A stretch of DNA of 64,000 nucleotides from a virus, in the IMG/VR virus record IMGVR_UViG_3300010885_036069, positions 1 to 64,000 of that record. One strand, 5' to 3'. The notes beneath the pieces were generated by a model. It worked only from the letters and a program-made list of their open reading frames with translations, did no database searches and was not told the DNA's origin. The position numbers and the translations under genes were made by a program. Positions 1 to 8,842 of this stretch are shown one piece after another. Every line of letters begins with the position of its first letter. The first letter of the stretch is position 1.

Positions 1-582
1 CGAATCGCTGATGAATGCTCTTCCGAGTGGGTTCTCTGGGAAAACGTCCCTGGCGCTTTCTCCAGCAACAAAGGAGCAGACTTCGCAGAAGTGCTTTACG
101 GACTCACTGGACACCGACCAATTGTTCCCGACAAAGGATGGAAGTCCGGAGGAATCTGCGTTGGACCAAAGCGAGCAGCCGTATGGCGAGTGCTTAACGC
201 TCAGGCTTTCGGAGTCCCCCAGCGGCGCAGGCGTATCTTCGTTGTCGCAGGTCCTAGAACCTTGGGGAGAAAACTTGCAGGAGTTCTGTTTGAGTCAGAA
301 AGCAGCGACAGGGATTCTCCGTCGAGCAGCAAAACGGAACCGAAAGTTACCAGTTCCTCTACGCAGCGCTTTGGAACTTCTAGCGTCGGAGCAGCCACAG
401 ACATAGCGCAATGCCTGACAACGAAGACTGGCTCTCGTAATGATCCCAACACCGAGTCATTCATTGTGGAACCAGAGTGGATTGGCTCGGCTTCACAAGA
501 GGGGGTCGCTGCTCCATTGTTAGTTCCCGGTGGCGGTCCAAGAACAACAGACATTGACGGAGCAACCTGGGTAGTGTATTAA
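1..582 (+). CDS. C5-cytosine DNA methyltransferase, large (alpha) part, 5'-truncated by window
   Basis: WRVLNAQAFGVPQRRRRIFVVA = C5-MTase motif VIII region; frame open to the window edge; stops before motifs IX/X. Confidence 0.85.
   Translation, partial: RIADECSSEWVLWENVPGAFSSNKGADFAEVLYGLTGHRPIVPDKGWKSGGICVGPKRAAVWRVLNAQAFGVPQRRRRIFVVAGPRTLGRKLAGVLFESESSDRDSPSSSKTEPKVTSSSTQRFGTSSVGAATDIAQCLTTKTGSRNDPNTESFIVEPEWIGSASQEGVAAPLLVPGGGPRTTDIDGATWVVY
11..406 (+). CDS. Overlapping alternative-frame MTase beta-polypeptide (M.EcoHK31I beta-like)
   Basis: SLSQVLEP...FCLSQKAATGILRRAAKRNRKLPVPLRSALE resembles the out-of-frame small subunit nested in some C5-MTase genes. Confidence 0.6.
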   Translation: MNALPSGFSGKTSLALSPATKEQTSQKCFTDSLDTDQLFPTKDGSPEESALDQSEQPYGECLTLRLSESPSGAGVSSLSQVLEPWGENLQEFCLSQKAATGILRRAAKRNRKLPVPLRSALELLASEQPQT

Positions 583-587
583 TTGTT

Positions 588-1400
588 ATGCCCGATTCTG
601 AGCAGGATGACAATTTAGAACCTAAGTCTGTGTGGGAAAACCAACAGGCCTATGTTTGGTTGGCTAACTATTCAAACTCCGTTAGTTGCGGTGGAGGGAA
701 ACCCGGTCAGGGTTATGTCGCCGTGCTTCAGGCCATACCGATCACCGAGGACCAAATGACTGAACCAATGGTGTTCCAAGAATCCCAATCCGGAACCTAC
801 CTTCACGCCGAAGCCGGAACACTCCGAGCGGGCAAAGACAACTTTCAGGAAATCATCCACCCGATTGCTTTCAACTGGCAATCGGGTGGTGACTGTCGAC
901 TGAATCCATCCACGGAAGGTACCGATGCGCTCACCGTCAGCCAACTCCCCGCCGTCATGACTCCGAAGCCGTACACGGTTCATGGCGAACACTCCACACC
1001 GATGAGCGGTAACGGAAACGCCGCTGTTGCATTTGAAACGGATACTGCTAGAACGCTTGACACTACAGCTGGCTATGCGAGCAATCAGGGAGGCACCGTA
1101 GTGGGTGACCTTATACACGACGACCAAGAGAGCGCTCTTCTACCCTCGTCAGGTTCGCAAGACCCAGATGCTTCTATAGGGGGAGAGACAGACACTCATA
1201 GGTGGGTAGTAAGGAAACTAACTCCACTTGAATGTGAGCGTCTTATGGGATGGCCTGATGAATACACCATGCGTGGGATTACCGATGATGGTGAAGAGGT
1301 AGTTATCGCAAAGACGAGCCGCTACAAGATTTGTGGCAACGGAATCGTTTCTCCTATCACTGAATGGATCGGATCACGAATTATGGATGTCATGTCATGA
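588..1400 (+). CDS. C5-MTase C-terminal fragment (variable/TRD region + motifs IX-X)
   Basis: VRKLTPLECERLMGWPDEYT ... RYKICGNGIVSPITEWIG. Confidence 0.8.
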   Translation: MPDSEQDDNLEPKSVWENQQAYVWLANYSNSVSCGGGKPGQGYVAVLQAIPITEDQMTEPMVFQESQSGTYLHAEAGTLRAGKDNFQEIIHPIAFNWQSGGDCRLNPSTEGTDALTVSQLPAVMTPKPYTVHGEHSTPMSGNGNAAVAFETDTARTLDTTAGYASNQGGTVVGDLIHDDQESALLPSSGSQDPDASIGGETDTHRWVVRKLTPLECERLMGWPDEYTMRGITDDGEEVVIAKTSRYKICGNGIVSPITEWIGSRIMDVMS

Positions 1401-1693
1401 CCGAAAGTTTTGATGAGTACAACTTCCGACTAGGCGGCGAAATCCATCATTCCCTAAGGGCAGGGACACCACAGTCCAATGGAGTCTTAGTCAAGGGCAA
1501 GGTACGCCGACTAACGCCGTTGGAGTGCGAGAGGCTCATGGGGTGGCCGGATGCCTACACGCTCAATGGTGTTGATGACAACGGTGTAGAGGTGACCCTC
1601 AAGAAGGGCGACCGTTATCGAATCTGCGGTAATGGCATTGTCGCACCAGTGACTGAGTGGATTGCCAATCGGATCAATGCGGTGATGTCATGA
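1397..1693 (+). CDS. Second C5-MTase C-terminal fragment (motifs IX-X)
   Basis: VRRLTPLECERLMGWPDAYT ... RYRICGNGIVAPVTEWIA; ATGA overlaps at both ends. Confidence 0.8.
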   Translation: MTESFDEYNFRLGGEIHHSLRAGTPQSNGVLVKGKVRRLTPLECERLMGWPDAYTLNGVDDNGVEVTLKKGDRYRICGNGIVAPVTEWIANRINAVMS

Positions 1694-2163
1694 AGGAAAC
1701 CGAATGGTGGGAAGAGTTAGCAACTGGGGACTTCACAGAGTTCACTGCTAGATGGGTACGACATCATGTGTGTGGCGATGAATGCGCCGATGGATGTGTA
1801 CGAAATGATCTCGCGACCAAACAGGGTGAAAAGCGTGGTCGTAGTGATATGCATTCATCAAGCATGCAGAAAGCGCCTGACCGTAAATGGATGGAGAACG
1901 CACGCTGTGCAGGCATGACCCACAAGATGTTCCCACGGGAGCATAAAGACATCACCTACATCCAAGAGGCACGACTAATCTGCGGTGACTGCGGAGTCCG
2001 AGAGGAATGCCTGGAGTATGCGCTATCGTTTCCCTCAGGAGATATGCATGGCGTATGGGCAGGACTGACACCCCGCCAATTGGCCACAGAGCAACGCAAG
2101 CAGAAGATTCGCCCGACCGTGCCTACCCTGGCGCAGATGTGGTCGGACCTAACTCGGGGGTAA
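1690..2163 (+). CDS. whiB: WhiB-family transcription regulator with N-terminal extension
   Basis: ARCAG...ICGDCGVREECLEYAL...HGVWAGLTPRQ (4 Cys + GVWxG). Confidence 0.9.
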   Translation: MKETEWWEELATGDFTEFTARWVRHHVCGDECADGCVRNDLATKQGEKRGRSDMHSSSMQKAPDRKWMENARCAGMTHKMFPREHKDITYIQEARLICGDCGVREECLEYALSFPSGDMHGVWAGLTPRQLATEQRKQKIRPTVPTLAQMWSDLTRG

Positions 2164-2165
2164 CC

Positions 2166-2330
2166 GTGGGCAAACATGCTAAGTGTGATGACATCATCGA
2201 CTTCTGGATCCGCAAGTATGAATCCGAGGCCGACATCGTGGAAGCTCTTGAGGACGCTCTCCGGAATCGCAATGCAGTCATCGACGAACTCCGAGCTGAA
2301 GTGCAGCGCTTGAGCCGCCAGTCACCATAG
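2166..2330 (+). CDS. Small coiled-coil hypothetical protein
   Basis: GTG start just after the whiB stop; heptad-like C-terminus. Confidence 0.5.
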   Translation: MGKHAKCDDIIDFWIRKYESEADIVEALEDALRNRNAVIDELRAEVQRLSRQSP

Positions 2331-2375
2331 TACCATCACCGTTGATGCAGGCATGATGCCTGCGCGGATTGAGAC

Positions 2376-2404
2376 TTGACATCGCCTCACCGTTAGGCTA
2401 CCGT
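2376..2404 (+). promoter_or_regulatory. SigA-type promoter
   Basis: TTGACA-N17-TACCGT. Confidence 0.6.
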
Positions 2405-2410
2405 TCTCTC

Positions 2411-2515
2411 CGTGACAGTAGCGGCTTCGGTCGTTGCTTGGGTCCGATGGGGTTGAGCTGAAGTGTCCCCCCTCTACAGCTCGATCTCATTGGCCCTTCA
2501 TTTGCCCTGAGAGCG
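2411..2515 (+). ncRNA. Putative ~100-nt sRNA (two hairpins, C-rich loop)
   Basis: Own promoter; AGTAGCGGC-TTCG-GTCGTTGCT hairpin; ~20-bp stem with loop AAGTGTCCCCCCTCTA; no ORF. Confidence 0.5.
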
Positions 2516-2525
2516 ATTCGCAGCT

Positions 2526-2867
2526 CTAAGACAGCCGAATCCCGCATGCGTCGCACCATCGACTCCCACCGAAGTCTGAAGCAGAGCCTTCACCTTCGCA
2601 AGGCCAGGGCTTACCGCATGGCCCAATCGTTGTCTTTCCCTCTAGGTAATCTTTGATAACCATTTCAGAAGTGACTACTGGGGATAGAGGAGCAGGGGCA
2701 TTAAGTCCACCAACGAGGATGGATTTCAGCGCCGTCAGCACCCATGCGTTTACGCTCATGCCTTCCGCTTCGGCAGCCTGGGTCACGTCGTTCTTCAGCG
2801 AGCCTGGCAGCCGTACCGTCAGTTGTGCTGGGCGGTCCGGATTGTGCCGTACCACATGAGCGGGCAT
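2526..2867 (-). CDS. Ribbon-helix-helix protein with C-terminal Cys cluster
   Basis: AQLTVRLPGSLKNDVTQAAEAEGMSVNAWV; C..C and CDAC. Confidence 0.7.
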   Translation of the reverse strand: MPAHVVRHNPDRPAQLTVRLPGSLKNDVTQAAEAEGMSVNAWVLTALKSILVGGLNAPAPLSPVVTSEMVIKDYLEGKTTIGPCGKPWPCEGEGSASDFGGSRWCDACGIRLS

Positions 2868-2871
2868 GAGA

Positions 2872-3048
2872 TCAGAGATTGCCCTCAGAGTCGCGCAGCA
2901 CCAGCGAGGTCAGATACTCGGTAACCGTCAGGTCCGTGGCCTCTGCTTGGTCGATTAATAGATTTTTGATGTGTGCCTCAAGCCGGATCGTCAGCGTTGA
3001 CGGTTGATTGCCGTTAGGCCGGCGAGGAGGTCGTCCTGGTTTTCCCAT
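2872..3048 (-). CDS. Ribbon-helix-helix DNA-binding protein
   Basis: GKPGRPP...TLTIRLEAHIKNLLIDQAEATDLTVTEYL. Confidence 0.7.
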   Translation of the reverse strand: MGKPGRPPRRPNGNQPSTLTIRLEAHIKNLLIDQAEATDLTVTEYLTSLVLRDSEGNL

Positions 3049-3065
3049 GAATAGAAGTATAGCCG

Positions 3066-3109
3066 GTATCCGTATTGACATGCTACTCGCCTGGGAGTAG
3101 TATCCGTAT
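3066..3109 (+). promoter_or_regulatory. SigA promoter flanked by GTATCCGTAT direct repeats (putative RHH operator)
   Basis: TTGACA(3075)-N17-TAGTAT(3098); GTATCCGTAT at 3066 and 3100. Confidence 0.65.
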
Positions 3110-3274
3110 ATGCTTAATTACGAACGTGAGGTGCCTGATCCTCCATATGAGTTTCATCCACATGACGAATACATCCCTGATCCAGAACTCCCAGAACCGG
3201 CGCTCGCCGTGGAACCGGAGTGGCTGAACCAGGAACGGCTCACCGCTCTTGAGTGGATTGCCATAAATAACTAG
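3110..3274 (+). CDS. Leaderless 54-aa Pro/Glu-rich protein
   Basis: ATG at the predicted TSS; MLNYEREVPDPPYEF...WIAINN; below the ORF-track cutoff. Confidence 0.5.
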   Translation: MLNYEREVPDPPYEFHPHDEYIPDPELPEPALAVEPEWLNQERLTALEWIAINN

Positions 3275-3477
3275 GAGCTAGCCCTCACCTTTCTAGGGTG
3301 AAGGGGATCCTGCGTCGCCAGCGGCACTCATGACCCCTGGAGTCCGGCGTTAACGGACCATCGAGCGCGAGTTTAATGTTTCCCTCGCGAATACCGACCC
3401 GAAGGATCCCCGCTCCTGGGCGGGCAGCCCCGCTGTGAATAAGTGCGCGCGCCTGTGGATAACTAGGGCGGGACTCC

Positions 3478-3870
3478 CTACCCTTTGTAGGCTCCAGGGA
3501 AAGCGTTGACTGGCCTCACCTGGATAAAGTTCGCTGGGTCTTCAAGCCAGCCGCTCTTATCGCGCAGAGACTTCCCGCACTTCATGCAGGTTTCTGCCCA
3601 GGGATACCACCGTCGAGATGTTGCGGGGTGTGGGCAGTCGAGTAATTCTTTAGCCGCTGTGTCAGCCGCTGACCGAACGAACTCCGCCATTGAAACGCCC
3701 ATCTTCGCTGCGGAGTCTTTCCACCGCTGGTGACTTTCTGGTGATGTTCGAATAAGCACCTGGTTAGAACCTTCCCCAGGAGCGGCGCCAGTGCTACGCC
3801 GTCGAGTCGGTTTGATGTCAGCCGCTACGATTTCCATCGCTTCTTCCAAGCCATCTTCGTGGTCAGTCAT
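3478..3870 (-). CDS. RHH-like protein with Cys motif
   Basis: QVLIRTSPESHQRWKDSAAKMGVSMAEFVR; CPH...CMKCG. Confidence 0.65.
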   Translation of the reverse strand: MTDHEDGLEEAMEIVAADIKPTRRRSTGAAPGEGSNQVLIRTSPESHQRWKDSAAKMGVSMAEFVRSAADTAAKELLDCPHPATSRRWYPWAETCMKCGKSLRDKSGWLEDPANFIQVRPVNAFPGAYKG

Positions 3871-4499
3871 TAGAACACCTCATCTGGGATAATTACTGCG
3901 TCTTCTGGTTCATCGTCTGGGGCCGCCGGTAATGCTGGGAAATTTCCACCGAGCAGAGCGTGGGTTGTCTCGGCTGGGAGTACACCGGCCATCCCCATAA
4001 GTTCAATAAGTCGCTTGGCTTCGGTTTCTGGATCAAACTCATCCACCGCCGCCGCATGGTCTGAGGCTTCTGCCAGCACGGCGCGCGCTGGGGTGTTCTC
4101 GGCATCACCGACAAAGTTGATGTTCACCGCTTCCATTCCCAAGAGTTTAGCGCGCCGGTCCATAATTGATAGGGCTTGCTGCACCGCTTTGAGATCTGGC
4201 TCAACAACAACTTCGGTACCGTCATCCATCGCGATCTTTCGATGCTGGGTAAGTGGCCATACCGATTGCTGTAGAGAATCAAGCCGCTCGAGCTCCATCC
4301 GAAGAACCTCTGGGTAAGCCATCAGGGCTTCCTGGTTCATTCGAGAGAGTTGCCGTTGAATGGCAAAGTTCACCGCTTTGGTGGAAATGCCAAACCGTCG
4401 AGCGATTTCCTGAACCGCCGTACCGGTCTTCCGCATCTGGAAGATACGGAGATCGCGCTCAGCCAGGAACTCCCGTGTAAGTCCTTCACCGTTGCTCAT
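3870..4499 (-). CDS. HTH protein, terminase small subunit-like
   Basis: N-terminal HTH (GTAVQEIARRFGIS); ELERLDSLQ...IMDRRAKLLG as in actinophage TerS-like proteins. Confidence 0.6.
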   Translation of the reverse strand: MSNGEGLTREFLAERDLRIFQMRKTGTAVQEIARRFGISTKAVNFAIQRQLSRMNQEALMAYPEVLRMELERLDSLQQSVWPLTQHRKIAMDDGTEVVVEPDLKAVQQALSIMDRRAKLLGMEAVNINFVGDAENTPARAVLAEASDHAAAVDEFDPETEAKRLIELMGMAGVLPAETTHALLGGNFPALPAAPDDEPEDAVIIPDEVF

Positions 4500-6199
4500 G
4501 TCATTGAACTCCTGAAACTGATGACCTCGAATGGCATGATCGTTCCCCTCTTCATCCGAAGTGGGAAGTTCCGTTCATCGCGTGGTTCACGGAACCCCTT
4601 CCATTCGTATTCTTTTTCCATTGTTGTCGGATCCCGAGTGATACCGAAACCGAACTCTGGCCACCGCATCCATACCGCTGAATCCGCTGGCCTCATATCC
4701 CTGCCCGTAAGTGCGTTACCGAGTGGAGCGTGATGCTCCAGCCAGAGTGTTACACCGTAGTTGGCTCTGAGGTAGTCAAAGTAGGTACAGACTTCAGTGA
4801 TCAGGGCCGTAGAGGAACGGTTACCTGGATCTATGTATGACTTATAAATCGGTCCAAGGACGAGAAGTTGAGCGTCAGTCTTTACGATCTGCCGTTCAAG
4901 GAGTTCTCGGTCCTTCGTGTTCAAGATGTTAATGCCGTCTGGCTTGGTGTAGAGATCAGCCTCGCCAGGCCTTTTACCATAGTTGATTCTGAGCGATTCA
5001 ACAAGTTTGCGAGCTTGCCGTCTGATAATCCGTTCAGGGTTTTCAAGATCAACAAACAATGTTCGGATCGGTGGGATTTCCATGTAAGTGAATGGATGAA
5101 CTCCAGCACCGGCGCAAATTGCAATCTGTCGCGCCAAGGTTGTTTTACCGACACCTTCAGCAGCAACGATGACCACCCGCTCTTGCCGTTCCAGCAAACC
5201 GTCAATTAACCAGTCATATGGATCGGACTTAGTTTCGTTTACGAACTCGCCCCAGTTAATCAGGCGACCAGTCTTTGGCTCGTGCGGGACTTCTTCGGAG
5301 ATTGAGAGGATCTTCCTGGCTGCCGCCAGTCTTTCCTCAAGAGTTCCTGGTTTATCAAGAAGGCTCTGGAGGTTTGAAAGAACTGGGACAAATGGATCTG
5401 GTTCTCGAACTTCATCTTCCACCAGTTCAGAAATGTCACCGCCGGCCTTTAAAAGATCGGACACATCCTTATGCGGTTCTGGTGCATGCTTGATCTTCAC
5501 CGTGCAACCAACCGCAACAAGCTCAGTGGCTACATAATCAGCATGAATGCGACCCGGCTCATCATTATCAGCGATAATGGCAATGCGCGCGCCTTGAAGA
5601 GCTGCCGTGTGATTCGGTTTCCATTTTGAACCTTGACCGTTGTCAGCACCTTGAGGGTTGCATGTCGCCGTAAGACCCTTGGCGATCAGCGAGTCCGCAT
5701 CCTTTTCTCCCTCAACAATGAACACCGGCCTACCGTTTGCCACCGCATCAAGTACCGCCGGTAAGTTGTAGAGCGGTTTTTCTGAAAGATGCGTCGTTGA
5801 ATACTTCCAGCCGCTTCCTTCTTTTACTCTCTGGCGAAATTCTTTTCGACCGTCCGGTAAAGCGAAGCGAAGTACCTGGAATACCAGTTCACCGTCACCG
5901 TCGTAATAACCGTAAGTATTTGTAAGTTCTCCGTCCACAAACTCGCTTTTCTTTTCCTGGTACGGATGCAAGTCTCGCACCGTAAGTTCAATGGATTCAC
6001 AGATTTCATCGAGTGAACAAGCACTTCCGCCTCGATGACACTTCGCTAAAACTCGACCGTCGCGTCCTTCAACCACACTAAGTGATGGAGATTTGTCATC
6101 ATCTCGGCAAGGACACTGAGCAACCCAACCGTCACCGGAACGCCGTACACCGTTGAGCCGATCAAGGAAGTTCGTCATCGTCGGTGATGTAGCCGTCAC
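4496..6199 (-). CDS. DNA primase-helicase (Zn-binding + TOPRIM + RecA/AAA_25 helicase)
   Basis: CPC..D..PSL; IVEGEKDAD; IIADNDEPG; Walker A AAEGVGKT; LFVDLEN. Confidence 0.9.
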   Translation of the reverse strand: MTATSPTMTNFLDRLNGVRRSGDGWVAQCPCRDDDKSPSLSVVEGRDGRVLAKCHRGGSACSLDEICESIELTVRDLHPYQEKKSEFVDGELTNTYGYYDGDGELVFQVLRFALPDGRKEFRQRVKEGSGWKYSTTHLSEKPLYNLPAVLDAVANGRPVFIVEGEKDADSLIAKGLTATCNPQGADNGQGSKWKPNHTAALQGARIAIIADNDEPGRIHADYVATELVAVGCTVKIKHAPEPHKDVSDLLKAGGDISELVEDEVREPDPFVPVLSNLQSLLDKPGTLEERLAAARKILSISEEVPHEPKTGRLINWGEFVNETKSDPYDWLIDGLLERQERVVIVAAEGVGKTTLARQIAICAGAGVHPFTYMEIPPIRTLFVDLENPERIIRRQARKLVESLRINYGKRPGEADLYTKPDGINILNTKDRELLERQIVKTDAQLLVLGPIYKSYIDPGNRSSTALITEVCTYFDYLRANYGVTLWLEHHAPLGNALTGRDMRPADSAVWMRWPEFGFGITRDPTTMEKEYEWKGFREPRDERNFPLRMKRGTIMPFEVISFRSSMT

Positions 6200-6663
6200 G
6201 ACAAAACTTCCGGGGCGTCCTCAGGAAGGGCGTATCTTTGGAGTTCATCACGTTGAAGCACCAGCGCCCAAGAGGAAACGAACGCGCGTTTCTCAGGCGT
6301 ACCAGTCTCGCGCATCGCGATTCCGATGAGTTCATCAATTTCTTCATCTCCAGAGCCAGGCGGATCAATCCCCATGGTCACCGCTTCCCACCGTTGGGCC
6401 GCTAAGAACCACGCGCGCTCAGCATCAGGGATTCGTCCAGAACCGTTTGATCGATCAATCGTGGTCCGTCGAATCTCTCCGACCCTAGGCATCCATCGTA
6501 CATTCTCAAGAATGAGTTCGTCAAGTGTCTTCAGAACATCTGGATACTCCAGATCAGCCAGGTAACGCCACCATGTCCGATAAAGCGAAACCTTTCCGCC
6601 ATCGGGACTCCCCCAGTTGGAACACGCCAGATCAACAATCGCCGTAAGCTCAGCCTTCTGCAA
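6196..6663 (-). CDS. Helicase loader/inhibitor (G39P-like) protein
   Basis: WWRYLADLEYPDV...WMPRVGEIR; lies between the initiator-like gene and the helicase; TTG start assumed. Confidence 0.55.
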   Translation of the reverse strand: MQKAELTAIVDLACSNWGSPDGGKVSLYRTWWRYLADLEYPDVLKTLDELILENVRWMPRVGEIRRTTIDRSNGSGRIPDAERAWFLAAQRWEAVTMGIDPPGSGDEEIDELIGIAMRETGTPEKRAFVSSWALVLQRDELQRYALPEDAPEVLS

Positions 6664-6985
6664 GGAACTTCTCCTGATCGCTGAGTTCGGTTGCAAAACT
6701 GGCGAACCGTTCAATGTGTTCGGCATCCCGCAGGATCAGTTCAATCGAGTCGTACCGTTTACCGCTCGGATTATCCCCCATATGCCAGGGAGATTTAGCG
6801 CAGCCGTCAATTGCTAAGCGACATCCGTCTTCGCCGTACCAGGAAATTGCTTTAGCAATGAGCTTATTGCGCTTGTCGGTGAGAACTGGCGTCAAGCCCC
6901 GCCCCGTATTTCTGCATGTGGTGAGCCAGTAATCAAATACTCGCTGGACTTTGAGGCTGGTTGCTTCTTGAGAATCTTCCGTCAC
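6650..6985 (-). CDS. Phage replication-initiator C-terminal-domain-like protein
   Basis: VFDYW...LTDKR...AIDGCAKSPWHMGDN...YDSIELILR. Confidence 0.55.
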   Translation of the reverse strand: MTEDSQEATSLKVQRVFDYWLTTCRNTGRGLTPVLTDKRNKLIAKAISWYGEDGCRLAIDGCAKSPWHMGDNPSGKRYDSIELILRDAEHIERFASFATELSDQEKFLAEG

Positions 6986-7372
6986 GCTTCACCTTTCTTC
7001 GTAGTAATCGATCTTAAAGCGATATCGGAGTGATAGCAAACGCGAATATCGCGGGTAGAGCTAAGTGGTATTCCGTTTACGAGGAAAGAGTTGAAGTAAC
7101 AGGAGAACTAATTCTCGGACTCTTATCCTCGTATTGGTTTGTGTACAAACAACAAGAGTTAGATTCTTTAGGTAAGTCCAAAGCCCCCCTCCGTTGGTTC
7201 CCCCCAAGAAATCAACAACGGAGTTACCCGGTGCGCGCTTAAGGAGCCTTAAGGAAGAAGGCATAATACTCTGTGAAGTTTGCCCTTGGCCAGGGGTCAC
7301 CGGTTTTTCGGTGGTTAGCCGCGAAGATAGCAGGTCCCGCGCGCATTCGCGCCAACTCCAGCAAAGAAAAAT

Positions 7373-7405
7373 AAAAAAGCCCCCAAGGAGCTACCCCGGG
7401 GGCTT
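7373..7405 (-). terminator. Intrinsic terminator
   Basis: AAGCCCCC-GGGGTAGCTCCTT-GGGGGCTT followed by a T-run on the minus strand. Confidence 0.75.
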
Positions 7406-7673
7406 AGTCGTCGCCTCAAGAGCTACTTGAATAATCGACTGGTAACCGTTCCATTCGGCTGATTCACATAGGTCGTTACCGTTAGTACCGTGCGAACTTT
7501 CAGGATGTCGCGACACCCAATGCCACCCTGGCCGTACGTTGTACGTACAACCAGACGCTCAGGGCTTAAGGCACTTCACTGGCCCTGACCAGTTGATGAA
7601 GGGGCGGCGAACCGAGCAAGAAAGGCGGTAACTAACTCAGTTCAGACGGTAGAACCCTCAACCGCCCCTTCAA
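7373..7673 (-). ncRNA. Putative ~300-nt structured ncRNA
   Basis: Bounded by a promoter (7680-7708) and a terminator; stems TGAAGGGGCGG/CCGCCCCTTCA, TCAGGGC/GCCCTGA, GGTAAC/GTTACC, AGTCG/CGACT; no ORF. Confidence 0.6.
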
Positions 7674-7679
7674 AACATA

Positions 7680-7708
7680 AGGATATGTTGTTAACCGTTC
7701 CTTGTCAA
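7680..7708 (-). promoter_or_regulatory. SigA-type promoter
   Basis: TTGACA-N17-TATCCT on the minus strand. Confidence 0.65.
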
Positions 7709-7819
7709 ATCTTGTGGTGCTGTCTCTCCATGCTGTCACGCCTAGCCTCCCGACGACACTTCCCGCGGCGTTCCGGTACTACAACCAGGGAAGGAGTTCC
7801 CCTCCATCGGTGGAAGCAT

Positions 7820-8299
7820 TTATGCTAATGGATAATCAAACCATCCACGCTGAACCATGATACCGATTGCCGAGTAACCGACAATATCCATGTAGGTATC
7901 ACTTACTGATTCGTTGGATGGATCAATTCCCTTAGAGAGAAGATTCTCGAGCCTGGCAACTTTGTCATGTGTTCTTACAACTAGACCGAATTGACCAAAC
8001 CGATTGATGTTCTCGGGACCGTAGTCAGTTTGCTTCTTAATTAAGAGCTCGGTGACGTTGGCTGGAGTAATATCGTAGTTATCTTTCAACACCGTTAAAG
8101 CAATAGAACCGAAGACTTGCCAACCCATCACGAGTATGTCTGAGTAGTTATCGGTTTTCGGTTCGCCTTCAATGGTTGCGGCTACTGAACTATGTAACCG
8201 CCGAAGAAGTTGTACCGTTGACTTTTCAGGACCGAGCGCTGCATCGGCTTGACCGTTGATTAGATTCACGGCATTTTCAGCCGCTGCATTCCAGGTCAC
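7820..8299 (-). CDS. Nucleotide-modification-associated domain protein (Nmad1/DUF1599-like)
   Basis: KKQTDYGPENI...VVRTHDKVARLENL...ESVSDTYMDIVGYSAI. Confidence 0.75.
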   Translation of the reverse strand: MTWNAAAENAVNLINGQADAALGPEKSTVQLLRRLHSSVAATIEGEPKTDNYSDILVMGWQVFGSIALTVLKDNYDITPANVTELLIKKQTDYGPENINRFGQFGLVVRTHDKVARLENLLSKGIDPSNESVSDTYMDIVGYSAIGIMVQRGWFDYPLA

Positions 8300-8553
8300 G
8301 AGGCCTCACTTTCAAAGAGTGATTCAAGGTCAGAATCCGTAAGTTCATGAGCGTACTCAAGAAGGCGTTCATTACACGTGGCAATGACTTCTTCTAGGGT
8401 CGGCTTGTCCATGAAGGTGATGATGTCAAACTCCGTGAAGTCTTCTAAAGAACTATCTGGTGAACCGATGAAGATATTGATAGTAAGGCTACCGTTATAA
8501 CGGAACTCTACGATCCCTTCATCGCTTTCTTTGCGAACAATAATGCTAGGCAT
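8296..8553 (-). CDS. Hypothetical acidic protein
   Basis: ORF with SD; GTGA overlap with the next gene. Confidence 0.6.
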   Translation of the reverse strand: MPSIIVRKESDEGIVEFRYNGSLTINIFIGSPDSSLEDFTEFDIITFMDKPTLEEVIATCNERLLEYAHELTDSDLESLFESEAS

Positions 8554-8584
8554 ATCTACTTCCTTCCATTGGTTAGTTTGTTAG

Positions 8585-8761
8585 TTATCCGAAACACTCA
8601 TCACAGAAGTCTTCGGGTTCCCAGCAGTCACCGCAGAAGTTGCAACAATGGCAACAAAACGGTCCTGCTGAGCTAATCGAGCCGAGCGTAGCCTCAAGGT
8701 CGTCTTCACGACCCCGAGACTTACGCCAGGCGAAGAACGCTGCCCATCCGAGAAAGCCCAT
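8585..8761 (-). CDS. Small Cys-rich protein (58 aa)
   Basis: MGFLGWAAFFAW...FCCHCCNFCGDCWEPEDFCDECFG; read manually. Confidence 0.45.
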   Translation of the reverse strand: MGFLGWAAFFAWRKSRGREDDLEATLGSISSAGPFCCHCCNFCGDCWEPEDFCDECFG

Positions 8762-8842
8762 CAGCCAATTACCGTAGCGATAATGTGGACGGTGATGGCT
8801 ATGATGGCTATCACGGCAGGCAGCAGAGCTGGGAGAATCAGG

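Noticed and set aside
7712-7815. Possible additional structured RNA downstream of Nmad1
   Set aside because: Some pairing (CTTCCC/GGGAAG) but no promoter or terminator; cannot be supported by eye
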